Below are positions 1 to 8,974 of a DNA stretch of 64,000 nucleotides, piece by piece. The DNA lies in the sequence record NC_049849.1; one strand, 5' to 3'. Within the stretch, counting starts at the first letter, position 1. Every line of letters begins with the position of its first letter. The notes under the pieces are model-generated. The model was not told where the DNA came from, did not search any database, and was given only the letters and a program-made list of their open reading frames with translations. Both the position numbers and the translations under genes were made by a program.

Positions 1-522
1 AGTGAAGCCGCCTGCGTCCGCACCCATCGAGTAGGTGTTGATTCGCTTATCGGCAACGTCCTGCACCACATCGGTGTACTTGGTCTTGTCGAGTGCAACC
101 AATGCCATGACTTTCCACAGCTTGCCGCCACCGTAGCCGTTGATCTTGTGCAGCGACGTATCGAGCACCGCGCCGAGAGCTTTGGTGCAGTCTTTGTTGT
201 CATGCTCCAAGTGCATCGGTACGCCAGCCCAGCTCTTGTACACCATGCGTGAGACAGGCGGAGGTTGGAACTTGGTCAGCTCGGCCAGAGGAAAGCCGAT
301 GCCGTTGCGGTTCGGAATGTCAGACGGGCACAGCGGAGTCGTGACGAAGATGTAGTCTTCAAGCCTCGGACTAATGTGGTACGTCTTGGCTGCAAAGGGA
401 AGCCACACGCGGGCATCCAGTTCGAATGCACCGTACGCTTCCTTCAGACCATCACGCCCTTCTGCCGTATCTCCGTCGAACGTCATCAATGGCTGTTCGG
501 TGTACGAAGTGATTCGTGTCAT
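1..522 (-). CDS. Prohead maturation protease, partial (runs off the window start; absent from the ORF track)
   Basis: Manual translation from ATG at 522: MTRITSYTEQPL...SDIPNRNGIGFPLAEL...GVPMHLEHDNKD...RINTYSMGADAGGFT, open to base 1. The NRNG-F, HxEH and YSMG motifs fit HK97/assemblin-fold prohead proteases. Confidence 0.65.
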   Translation of the reverse strand, partial: MTRITSYTEQPLMTFDGDTAEGRDGLKEAYGAFELDARVWLPFAAKTYHISPRLEDYIFVTTPLCPSDIPNRNGIGFPLAELTKFQPPPVSRMVYKSWAGVPMHLEHDNKDCTKALGAVLDTSLHKINGYGGGKLWKVMALVALDKTKYTDVVQDVADKRINTYSMGADAGGFT

Positions 523-527
523 GCTTG

Positions 528-917
528 TTACCTCGAGTAGAAATACACTTCACCGTCGGCGGTAAGCTCTACACGTACTGCAGTAAAGAGCGGGGCTTCG
601 CAGGTTTCAATGGTGCCAACGGCTGGCGTTTGATCGTTGCCCCACAGCACCTTGGCTTGCACGTCCGCGTCGGGATTGCAAGCAAATGCGGGATGCTGGA
701 GGGTATACTTTAAATTGCATGCTGCGGCGGCCATGACGCAGAACGCATCATGCGCCCCGACGGTCACTGCAACTTGACCAACGTCTACGTAAATGACTTC
801 GCCGGCTTTGCCGCCAACTGCAGTCCACGAGCCGACGATGGGATAGCCCTCAGCGCCAAGACCCGCAGCGCCACGGCCTTTGAAGTTAGGACTGTTAGGT
901 CCAATGATGTATGCCAT
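528..917 (-). CDS. Hypothetical protein, 129 aa
   Basis: ORF tiles tightly between neighbours, with GGAG upstream of the ATG. Confidence 0.6.
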   Translation of the reverse strand: MAYIIGPNSPNFKGRGAAGLGAEGYPIVGSWTAVGGKAGEVIYVDVGQVAVTVGAHDAFCVMAAAACNLKYTLQHPAFACNPDADVQAKVLWGNDQTPAVGTIETCEAPLFTAVRVELTADGEVYFYSR

Positions 918-926
918 GTCGGCTCC

Positions 927-1454
927 TTAGTTAATCGTGTCTGCGTAGACCTTGGGCTGAAACTCAATCACGACGTGGTTGTCTGCGAGATACGCATTCA
1001 TTTGATCCACGAGTCCCGGCACTTCGTCATGGAACTTGCCGAGAGTGATGTGAGCGTTGTAGTCAGGATGCCCATGCTTGAATCCCTGACTCACAAGGTG
1101 TTCATGTATTGCTTGAATCTCGGGACTGTAGACTCGGAGTACCAAAATCTGGCGCTGTTTGTGATCGGTCCAACATTCAACGCCAGTAGCCAATCCCGTG
1201 ATCGTACGATCTTCGGGCATTGTTGCTTCTTGTGGAAGCGGCCCAGTGTGATACATCAGAGTACAATGCAGGGAAGTGGTGTTGTCGTACTTGAGGTCAG
1301 GATTACGAAACCTACGCTTAAGATCAGACAACGCCAAGTAGCCAGCCTCACTCGGATCGGCCCATGCGTAAAAGCCATCGTCAACCGTGCGCAGTACAGA
1401 GTACAAGACCTTTGCTGCTACGCGCATACTGTTCTCCAATAGTGGGTGAGCCAC
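927..1454 (-). CDS. 2H phosphoesterase, Acb1/T4 gp57B-like (candidate anti-CBASS nuclease)
   Basis: Two HxT motifs: SLHCTLMY and HPDYNAHITLG; 175 aa. Confidence 0.72.
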   Translation of the reverse strand: MAHPLLENSMRVAAKVLYSVLRTVDDGFYAWADPSEAGYLALSDLKRRFRNPDLKYDNTTSLHCTLMYHTGPLPQEATMPEDRTITGLATGVECWTDHKQRQILVLRVYSPEIQAIHEHLVSQGFKHGHPDYNAHITLGKFHDEVPGLVDQMNAYLADNHVVIEFQPKVYADTIN

Positions 1455-1476
1455 CGAAGCAGCTCACCCGCGTGCC

Positions 1477-4400
1477 TTAGATTTCCAGAGCGCCCGCATC
1501 ACGAACTTGATTGACCTTCAAGCGCTTAACTTCGCGCTGCAGTTCTTCCAGGTTCGTAATCACCACACCGGCTTGCTGAATCTTCTTCATCATAGCCAGC
1601 AGCTTTTCCTTCGTCAGTGCGTAGTAGCACATCGTAGGATCAGACTTGTACCAGGTGACGCCAGGCGCTCTGACCTTGATGGCCTTGAGCGTACCGACTT
1701 GACCACGAATCGGCAGAGCCAGATACACCTCGCCGTTTTCCAGAATCGGATAGGGCTTGATGACCTTGGTGTCAGTCGACGGCTTGTGCTCCATGCGGTA
1801 GAAGTTGCGCAGCTGATTGCGATTAGCCAACTTGAAGGTCAACGAGCTTCTGCCCATCTTACCTTCCTTCATCAGATTGTAGATGCCCAACAGTGCTTGC
1901 ATTTCGTTGGTCATCAGCGGATCAGGAACAAAGCCAGCCTCGTTCCATTTCGTAATCTGCTTCTTCAGTCGCAGCGGCGTTTCCATGTGGGCGTAGAAGT
2001 AAGGTTCGATAGTGCGGAACCCAACCGCCTCAAGGGCACGAGTCGTTGCTTCACTGCCTTCCATGCTCGAGTCGAAACTCAAACCAAGGAAGCCGTTGGT
2101 AATCAGCAATACCAGGTGGGCATTGAGCGACTCTTGCAATGCAGTCTTCTCAGCCTCACGCTGTGCTTCTTCTTCAGCCTTCTTCTTCTCAGCCAGCTTC
2201 TTGCCCTTCGCAGTCATTTGGAAACTGTTGGAAGGAACGAGCACGGGATCGGAGACGGGCATTTGGCCTTGCGCTTTCAGAATCTGACGGCGAATGTCTT
2301 CACCGGAGGTCAACTCACGGTTGATAACAAACACAGTCGAGAACTTGAGACGCGCTTGCGAGCCATCGTCATACATCACCAGCACGGTACCGATTGCAAA
2401 GTTCACGCTAGTGACTTCACCTTCACCAAACTCGGTGTGCACTCGCTGACCCTTCAGGAACGCAGCAACATCCTTCTGCGCATCCTTGCTGGTCATGTCT
2501 ACCTTGCCTTCGGATTCAACGTCCGTTTCATTGGCGAGGTCATCACCCAACGTATCGGAACGCAAGTACAGGTCGAGACGAACCAAGCCGAGCTGACCTT
2601 GGCCGTAGAGTTCAAGGCCCGGCACATACGGCGTGTACTTCATCAGGGCTGCATCACCCGGAGGCGCTGCTTCCTTGATTGGAATCTTGAAGTTGTGACC
2701 GTACTTGGCTTCGAAGTCCTCACGGTACGCAGCGTAGTCGGCTTCGATGACTTCTTGATAAGTACGATAGGCTTCAGCGTACTCCATCAAGTTATCGTTC
2801 CACGAGTTCAGACCAAGGATGTTATCAAGACTCATCTTGATCACCGGCAGGTCCGGAATTTCTTCGTACGCCGGAGAGTCCGCGTTCTCAAACTTCGTGA
2901 CCGAGATCAACTTAGAGATCAGGCGCGAGGCCTTCGCAATGTCAATCGTCTTGTCAGCAAGAATCGTGTCGTAGTAAATGGTGTCGCGCTCTTCGTCGAT
3001 CTTGAGGTTCGGACGATTCAAGCGAGCATTACCTTGTTCCAATGCACCAGGAGTCCACGGGAAACTAACACGAATCAAACGCGAGCAGAACTGCAGGTTC
3101 AAGCCGGTGTTGATCGAATCCTCAACGCCAACCATCCACAGCAGATTGTCGTCAGTCTCGAACGACGCTTGCGCTTCGACCTTATCAGCAGCCTTGTACA
3201 GCAGACCGCGCGCTTGCAGGTCCGGAGCAATCGACTCGTAAATCTCATCGGCCGTTTCGTTGTAGGACGCAAAGATCAGAATCTTGCCCTTAGCACCAAT
3301 AGCGATGTGCTCACGAATGCGCTCTTCGATTTTCAGAATCTTCGGGCTCTTGCGATCAGCACCCTTCAGTTCCAGATTGCCCAGCGGGTCACGAGCAGGC
3401 GCCATGACGAACTTGTCGGCACGTTGCAGGTACGGACGAATCAGGGCTTCAACAGTGTTACCGGCATCGGGATCGTCTTCAAGTTCGTTCTCGTCGGTAT
3501 TCTGCAGTTCAGCAATCTTCGCCATCAATTCCTTGTTGGCGCGGATTTCTTCTTCAGCCTCACTCATAATCATCTGGTACACGCGCTGCTGCTCAGGAGT
3601 CAACGCAACCGGGATGAGTTCTTCGTCCTTCGGAGGCAACAGTGCTGCCCACTCTTTACGCTTTGCACCCGCGACCACAACCGTCGACTTGATGAGCGCC
3701 ATGATTTCTTGCTGAGCACCAGGACGCCATTCAACCACGCGTCCATTCTTCACGCCGTCTTCAGCAGCAAAGCGCTCGTTGAACTCGTCACGCGTACCAA
3801 AGATCGTCGGGTCCATGATTGCGATTTGCATCGCCAAGTCCGACGTGGAGTCGTAAGCCATGGTGCCGGAAGCCAAACGCTTCTTCGGGATATCGGCAAC
3901 CAGGTTCATGACAGAACGCGTACGCTGCGAGTCCTTACGCAAGTAGTGAGCCTCATCGAGCAGCACATACTGGAAGGCCATCTGCTTCAGCATTTCAGCA
4001 ACGGGGTAAACAGCAACCGCCGTCGTACCGTAGCAGACCGAGACGCCTTGCAGCTTCAGCACGTTGTAGTCAAATATGACCACGGTGTTGCGCGGAGCTG
4101 AAGCCAACATGGAAGTCAATCGCTCAAAGCCATGCTTGCGAATCACATAGGTCGTAATCGGAATGACGTTCAAACGCGACTTGGTGAAGAACACAAGTTC
4201 CTTCACGTACTGCGCAACCAAGTGACCCGGGCAACCAATCAGATACGGAGCGCTGCGGCCTTTCGAGAACTCTTGCAGAATGTCGGTGATGGCCAACATC
4301 GACTTACCGCCGCCCGCGTCAACAGGCAGGATCGCAAAGTTCGGGCTGTCACGCAAAAGGTTCGCGACCTTCTGTTGGTGAGGCAGTCGGATAACCACTT

Positions 4401-6063
4401 CACCGTCGATCAACGGAAGAGCCGGAGCTTCCCAGTCTTCTTTAAAGCCTTGGTTCTTTGCAGCGCCACGCAGCTCAGCGTCTTGGCCTTCGATTTCGTA
4501 GTACTGATGCGCATAGAAGTACATCATGAACAACCATGCCACGTGCTGCGTGACATAGTGAACCGAGTAGCGCTCGTACACGTTATCCATGCGCTCGAGC
4601 ACAGCCGCGCCTGCTTTCTGGAACCAACGACCGAGAGGACGGAAGGGGGCGAAGTCCGAGTTGTAGGCCAAGTCGAACCAGGTCACATCCTTGTTCTCGG
4701 TGAAGCGCAAGAACAGTTCACGAGCACCAGCGAAGTACGCTTCAGGCTGCGTGTTAGACAGATACTGCGATACCAGACCTTCTGCTTGATCGTTCAACCA
4801 GATTTGTTCGCCTTCGCGTGTAATCCAGTTGTCCGAAGACTTGAGGTGCAGCTGAGGTTCGATACCAGCCGCCTGCGCGATACGAGTCAGAATCGTGAGC
4901 AGCTTAACGTCAACCTTACGCGACAGCCAGTTCTTGATATGAGTAGCCGTCGAAATCATATTCCGGCTAACGTCAGTCACCGTCAGAATGCCGGAAGCGT
5001 TGGTGTACGCGAACTTGCAGTTCACCCAGTCCATCAGAACCGGGATGTTGCTCGGCAGGTTGGCGCTGAACGAAGGTGCCTTCTCATCAACGAGACGGAA
5101 CACTCCGGTGTCGTCCTGATTACCAGCTTGACCGAACAAGTCTTCGTAGCGTTGCGTTTGATCCAGAACCAAAGGCAGATAGATCGGACGGCCACGAGCA
5201 TCAGTACTGATACCCTTGTCGTTCGCCTTCACCGTGACGCTGGTCAAATCCTTCGGCAGAGTCTTGGCGATGCTGGAGATAGCAAACGCAGACTTCGGCG
5301 GCTTGGACTTCTTGTACGCACCGTAGTAGTTCACAGCCCACGACTGCAGAACCACGTACAGGTCTTGCGGACGGATCAGGTTCCATGCGGTGTTGGTGAT
5401 GTACTCGCACTCGGCACGACTCAGAATGAACTTCAGGAACACGACGCCACCAGTGCCACGCTCGACATAGCGAACGCCTTGGAAGCATTCTTGCAGACAT
5501 GCCTTCGCCGGTGCAGGCATATGAGTGCCGACCAGATTGATCGCGTTCTCTGCCTTCAGGATGCCGTACTTGATATCAACGACAGGCCAAGCGTTGCTGT
5601 CTTCGCCGTCGTCCTCTGTCTGCTCGTCCTCGTCAATCAGACCAGGCACCGAGTCGAGGTCGTCTTCTTCCGATTCAGGCTCTTCCGAGTCCATCGAGTC
5701 CTTGGCTTTCTTCACCGGAGTGAATTGACCGAGTTGACGTGCGAGGTCTTCGGGAGTGCCGTAATTCAAGATCGGCAGCTGCACTTCAAAGTCGTTGGCA
5801 TTTTTCTTGACCTGCAGCATGCCAGTGACGTTGTTCGTCATCATTGACAGCACGCCTTTCGCTTTGGCACGGTGCGCCTTAGCGAACTTGGGGTCATTCA
5901 TCTGCTCAGGATACAGATGAGTCAGAGCCAGACGAAGAAACAGCTGAGGATTGATCCGCGGTGAGTTCAGGTACAGGCCCATGAACCCGGACTTCAGCTG
6001 AGTACGATCCAGCTTGAAGTCGGGGTCGAGCTTTAGCTTTGACTTTTCTTTTAACTTGTTCAT
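1477..6063 (-). CDS. Large SNF2-family (SF2) helicase/ATPase, 1528 aa
   Basis: Walker A-like VDAGGGKS, Walker B LLDEAHY, motif III ASGT, GINT-like SINTGLNLQ and motif VI QGNARLNR; SH3/KOW-like GQRVHTEFGEGEV near the C-terminus. Confidence 0.85.
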   Translation of the reverse strand: MNKLKEKSKLKLDPDFKLDRTQLKSGFMGLYLNSPRINPQLFLRLALTHLYPEQMNDPKFAKAHRAKAKGVLSMMTNNVTGMLQVKKNANDFEVQLPILNYGTPEDLARQLGQFTPVKKAKDSMDSEEPESEEDDLDSVPGLIDEDEQTEDDGEDSNAWPVVDIKYGILKAENAINLVGTHMPAPAKACLQECFQGVRYVERGTGGVVFLKFILSRAECEYITNTAWNLIRPQDLYVVLQSWAVNYYGAYKKSKPPKSAFAISSIAKTLPKDLTSVTVKANDKGISTDARGRPIYLPLVLDQTQRYEDLFGQAGNQDDTGVFRLVDEKAPSFSANLPSNIPVLMDWVNCKFAYTNASGILTVTDVSRNMISTATHIKNWLSRKVDVKLLTILTRIAQAAGIEPQLHLKSSDNWITREGEQIWLNDQAEGLVSQYLSNTQPEAYFAGARELFLRFTENKDVTWFDLAYNSDFAPFRPLGRWFQKAGAAVLERMDNVYERYSVHYVTQHVAWLFMMYFYAHQYYEIEGQDAELRGAAKNQGFKEDWEAPALPLIDGEVVIRLPHQQKVANLLRDSPNFAILPVDAGGGKSMLAITDILQEFSKGRSAPYLIGCPGHLVAQYVKELVFFTKSRLNVIPITTYVIRKHGFERLTSMLASAPRNTVVIFDYNVLKLQGVSVCYGTTAVAVYPVAEMLKQMAFQYVLLDEAHYLRKDSQRTRSVMNLVADIPKKRLASGTMAYDSTSDLAMQIAIMDPTIFGTRDEFNERFAAEDGVKNGRVVEWRPGAQQEIMALIKSTVVVAGAKRKEWAALLPPKDEELIPVALTPEQQRVYQMIMSEAEEEIRANKELMAKIAELQNTDENELEDDPDAGNTVEALIRPYLQRADKFVMAPARDPLGNLELKGADRKSPKILKIEERIREHIAIGAKGKILIFASYNETADEIYESIAPDLQARGLLYKAADKVEAQASFETDDNLLWMVGVEDSINTGLNLQFCSRLIRVSFPWTPGALEQGNARLNRPNLKIDEERDTIYYDTILADKTIDIAKASRLISKLISVTKFENADSPAYEEIPDLPVIKMSLDNILGLNSWNDNLMEYAEAYRTYQEVIEADYAAYREDFEAKYGHNFKIPIKEAAPPGDAALMKYTPYVPGLELYGQGQLGLVRLDLYLRSDTLGDDLANETDVESEGKVDMTSKDAQKDVAAFLKGQRVHTEFGEGEVTSVNFAIGTVLVMYDDGSQARLKFSTVFVINRELTSGEDIRRQILKAQGQMPVSDPVLVPSNSFQMTAKGKKLAEKKKAEEEAQREAEKTALQESLNAHLVLLITNGFLGLSFDSSMEGSEATTRALEAVGFRTIEPYFYAHMETPLRLKKQITKWNEAGFVPDPLMTNEMQALLGIYNLMKEGKMGRSSLTFKLANRNQLRNFYRMEHKPSTDTKVIKPYPILENGEVYLALPIRGQVGTLKAIKVRAPGVTWYKSDPTMCYYALTKEKLLAMMKKIQQAGVVITNLEELQREVKRLKVNQVRDAGALEI

Positions 6064-6065
6064 TG

Positions 6066-6752
6066 TTATATCAGATGTGTGACTGAGTTAAGCGGACGAT
6101 ACGCTCGGAGCACCGAGAGGTAGAGATTGTTCATGACGAACTTCTCTAGCTCCGCGTTACTCGGTGTGAACTTACCGGGGATCACCGGAAACACGTCAAC
6201 GTTGATGACGTATCCGTAATGCCAACGCTGCGCGAGATTGGCGCCTTCGTTCGCAACGAAGAACTCTAGGTTGCGCTGCAGGTCACGCTTCCAGTATGCC
6301 GGATAGCGAGGATGCGAGCCTTGGCGAATGCCCATCGCGTAGATGAATGTTGGGTCTTGCTTTACTGCATGACACTTCACATCAACAGTCAAGGTAAAGC
6401 CGGTCGGCGTCATCGCAACTCTACGCTCCACCTTGTAGCTCTTCAGTTCGCGATGAACCGAATGCTTCTCCAAGAACTTGACGATCGCTCTACGCGCAGT
6501 AATGAACGCAGTAAGGATCAAATCGTTCTTGGAGTCTTCAACGGTGAAGGGACGCTGCCCTGCCTTCTCACATAGCTTGATGAACTCGGCAATAGCCTGA
6601 GACCAAGCGGCCCCAGGCTGTTTAGCTTTCACCATACCAACAGCGACTGGCCAGTGCCGTTCACAGTTGGGATTGAACATCATAGGATAGGAGTCTTCGT
6701 CGGGTACCGACTGCTGCTCCATTTGCGAAACACCAAGACTGGATAGGTTCAT
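6066..6752 (-). CDS. Hypothetical protein, 228 aa
   Basis: Tiles in the operon 2 nt from the SNF2 start codon. Confidence 0.65.
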   Translation of the reverse strand: MNLSSLGVSQMEQQSVPDEDSYPMMFNPNCERHWPVAVGMVKAKQPGAAWSQAIAEFIKLCEKAGQRPFTVEDSKNDLILTAFITARRAIVKFLEKHSVHRELKSYKVERRVAMTPTGFTLTVDVKCHAVKQDPTFIYAMGIRQGSHPRYPAYWKRDLQRNLEFFVANEGANLAQRWHYGYVINVDVFPVIPGKFTPSNAELEKFVMNNLYLSVLRAYRPLNSVTHLI

Positions 6753-6760
6753 GTCATACC

Positions 6761-7222
6761 TCAGTCCAAAAAGACGTTAGGCTCGCCATCGTTGTACAGC
6801 ACGTCGCCAAGATCGTCTTCAGTCTCGCCGCCGTCATCATACAAAACGTTTTGCATTTCGTAGTTCTTGCTGGGAGACGTTTCGCCGTCGTTGATGGTGT
6901 TCTTAACTGCCGGCGTCGTTTCAGGATCGTAGTCACCGTCATTGATGCGTTGATCCAGCGTCAATGCGTGAAGCCGCGCAGAGCTATTAACTCTGAACGG
7001 CTCGGTCTTGTAATTCTGCGGCTGGTACGTCGTGCCTTGATAGAGCGACGGCGGACTGGCTTGCACGTCGTAACCCAAGCGCTCACTCAACATGCGGTAG
7101 AAGTCAGACTCAAGTTCTTCCTTGTCTACGCCGAGAGCATGGGCGAAAGCATGTACCTGCTCATCGCTGGGTTCCGGGTTGTGCTCGAGAAAGTTCTCGA
7201 TGATTTGGTCATAGCAGGCCAT
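6761..7222 (-). CDS. Acidic hypothetical protein, 153 aa, with an internal leader-like motif (RVNSSARLHA)
   Basis: AGGAG RBS upstream; D/E-rich sequence. Confidence 0.65.
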   Translation of the reverse strand: MACYDQIIENFLEHNPEPSDEQVHAFAHALGVDKEELESDFYRMLSERLGYDVQASPPSLYQGTTYQPQNYKTEPFRVNSSARLHALTLDQRINDGDYDPETTPAVKNTINDGETSPSKNYEMQNVLYDDGGETEDDLGDVLYNDGEPNVFLD

Positions 7223-7245
7223 GTAAAATCTCCTACGTTTATAAG

Positions 7246-7254
7246 TATAAAATT
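7246..7254 (-). promoter_or_regulatory. Candidate late-promoter motif AATTTTATA
   Basis: Instance of the recurring AATTTnATA motif, 24 nt upstream of the ATG at 7222. Confidence 0.35.
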
Positions 7255-7595
7255 TACGCTTTCGATCTGGCCCTGAACAAATGTGTATGGCGTTTGTCGT
7301 GACAAGACTTGCAGAGACCGACCAGATTGGTCAGAGTGTTGGTGCCGCCTTTCGATAGCGGAATGATGTGATGCGGCTCACTCATCTTGTTTGAGCAGCC
7401 CTGCACTTCGCAGTAACCGCCGCATCGTTTCTTCACCTGAGCATGCAAGTCCCACCAGGAGTTGTTCTTGGTGTAGCCGTTGACCGTTGCATAGGAAGAG
7501 TGTTGAATTCTAGCAGTACCGTTGGCACGACGCGTAGACTTCGCAGCCTTGAGCGTCGTGCGTCGGCCTGCAAGCTTTGACCAGGGGTTCGTCAT
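7254..7595 (-). CDS. HNH endonuclease, 113 aa
   Basis: CEVQGC...HHIIPLSKGGTNTLTNLVGLCKSCHDKRH is a zinc-binding HNH signature. Confidence 0.85.
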   Translation of the reverse strand: MTNPWSKLAGRRTTLKAAKSTRRANGTARIQHSSYATVNGYTKNNSWWDLHAQVKKRCGGYCEVQGCSNKMSEPHHIIPLSKGGTNTLTNLVGLCKSCHDKRHTHLFRARSKA

Positions 7596-8971
7596 TTGGT
7601 AGCAGGTTTGAGTTGTTCAATACCGCGCTGCTTGAACAGGATTTGCACGGAGTGATTGGGCTTGAACTTGTACTTCGGCAGCCAGCAGAGCAGCCCGAGC
7701 GTTGCCGTGAACATATTGCCTTGCGACGTGATGACCTCAGCGGCTGCACGTTGCTTCCACACCTTCAGGGAGAGAATCACGACCTCGCGGATCGTCCCAT
7801 CCTTCGAGTTGTACATGCCGCAGATGGTGCCGCGCCCCTCGTCCTTCGGGCTGAGCTTGTGGCTCTTCACGTAATCAGCGACCTTGCGCTGCTCAGGCGT
7901 CAAGTAGTCATCGTTCGAGTTCTTGTCGTACCGACTTGGGTCGAGACCGCACTTCACCATCCATGATTTCCAGACCGGACCGTGTCCAGCTTCCGGTTCA
8001 CTGTAGACCATAGAGATTTCAGACGTGGCTTGGTGGCACATTTCATGCACCAAGATTTCGAGAAAGATTTCCGGCTTGGCGTTGAACAGTCGAGGACTCA
8101 GTGCGAGATTACGACCAATGCGCTGCCAGTAGCCACGCAGTTTGAAGTGCGAGCCTTGATCCTTTAGCAGCGTGAAGTTCGGTTCATCCAGCTCGCCCTT
8201 GAACTTCGACTTGTTGAGCAGGTTCCACAAATACTTGATGGTCAGCAGCTTCGCTTGATTCGGACTGTTGGATCGAATGGAGTCCAGCTTATCCAACGCC
8301 GACTGCTGCAGCCCGTACTTGTTGAGCGACGGTGCGGTGTCATCAATCAGGTCTTTGTCTACGACCGGAATGTCTTGGTCTTCGGGATCGGCAACAGGAT
8401 TGCCCGAAGGCCCTAGCTTAACAGTCTTGGCCTCAGCGTAACCAGAAGCCGACTGATACATCGTGACCTTGCCATTCTCGACCTTGAGCTTTAGGCCCAC
8501 GTCTTCCGAGTAGTACTGACCGCCTTTCGGAACGAAGCCCCACTCTTTGATGAACTGAGTGGGATTGGTCAAGCGAAACTCGATAGCGCCGAGAGGGTAG
8601 GTGGTGTTTGAGAAAGTGGCCGTAGCGTAACCAGCGACCTCTTTCAGAATGTTGGTCCAGTCAGGTACGGTCTCGCCCATCAAGATCACGCGATCATCCA
8701 ATACCTGAATAGGATAGTGGTTGCCGTTGTGAACCCATATGGCTGGATTGCGAGACCACGGGCTGAAGTCTAGCTTCTTGAGTATGCGCGTGACTTCGTG
8801 AGGAAGCCACTGCGTGTATCCAAGCACTGCCAGGGTCTTCACCTGAACTGGGTCCATGACGGGCAGGCCGCCTAGCTTCAGACGCCGTTGCAGCGATGCC
8901 GCCGACTGCTGTAAGTTCTGATTGCTAGAAAAGGCCCGTGCAAAAATGGGACCGCAGAATGTACATTGCAT
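7592..8971 (-). CDS. SprT-like zinc metalloprotease domain protein (start could be the ATG at 8857)
   Basis: ILVHEMCHQA (HExxH) followed by GHGPVWKSWM; upstream WNLLNKSKFKGEL matches the SprT N-terminal pattern. Confidence 0.78.
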   Translation of the reverse strand: MQCTFCGPIFARAFSSNQNLQQSAASLQRRLKLGGLPVMDPVQVKTLAVLGYTQWLPHEVTRILKKLDFSPWSRNPAIWVHNGNHYPIQVLDDRVILMGETVPDWTNILKEVAGYATATFSNTTYPLGAIEFRLTNPTQFIKEWGFVPKGGQYYSEDVGLKLKVENGKVTMYQSASGYAEAKTVKLGPSGNPVADPEDQDIPVVDKDLIDDTAPSLNKYGLQQSALDKLDSIRSNSPNQAKLLTIKYLWNLLNKSKFKGELDEPNFTLLKDQGSHFKLRGYWQRIGRNLALSPRLFNAKPEIFLEILVHEMCHQATSEISMVYSEPEAGHGPVWKSWMVKCGLDPSRYDKNSNDDYLTPEQRKVADYVKSHKLSPKDEGRGTICGMYNSKDGTIREVVILSLKVWKQRAAAEVITSQGNMFTATLGLLCWLPKYKFKPNHSVQILFKQRGIEQLKPATK

Positions 8972-8974
8972 TAC

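Noticed and set aside
1507-5847. Very long plus-strand ORFs (864 and 571 aa) opposite the SNF2 gene; likewise 32242..34035, 36133..37497, 29065..30429, 57099..58346 and 61752..63467
   Set aside because: These are antisense shadows of strongly codon-biased genes. They have no RBS or motifs and unnatural composition, while the opposite strand carries recognisable proteins.
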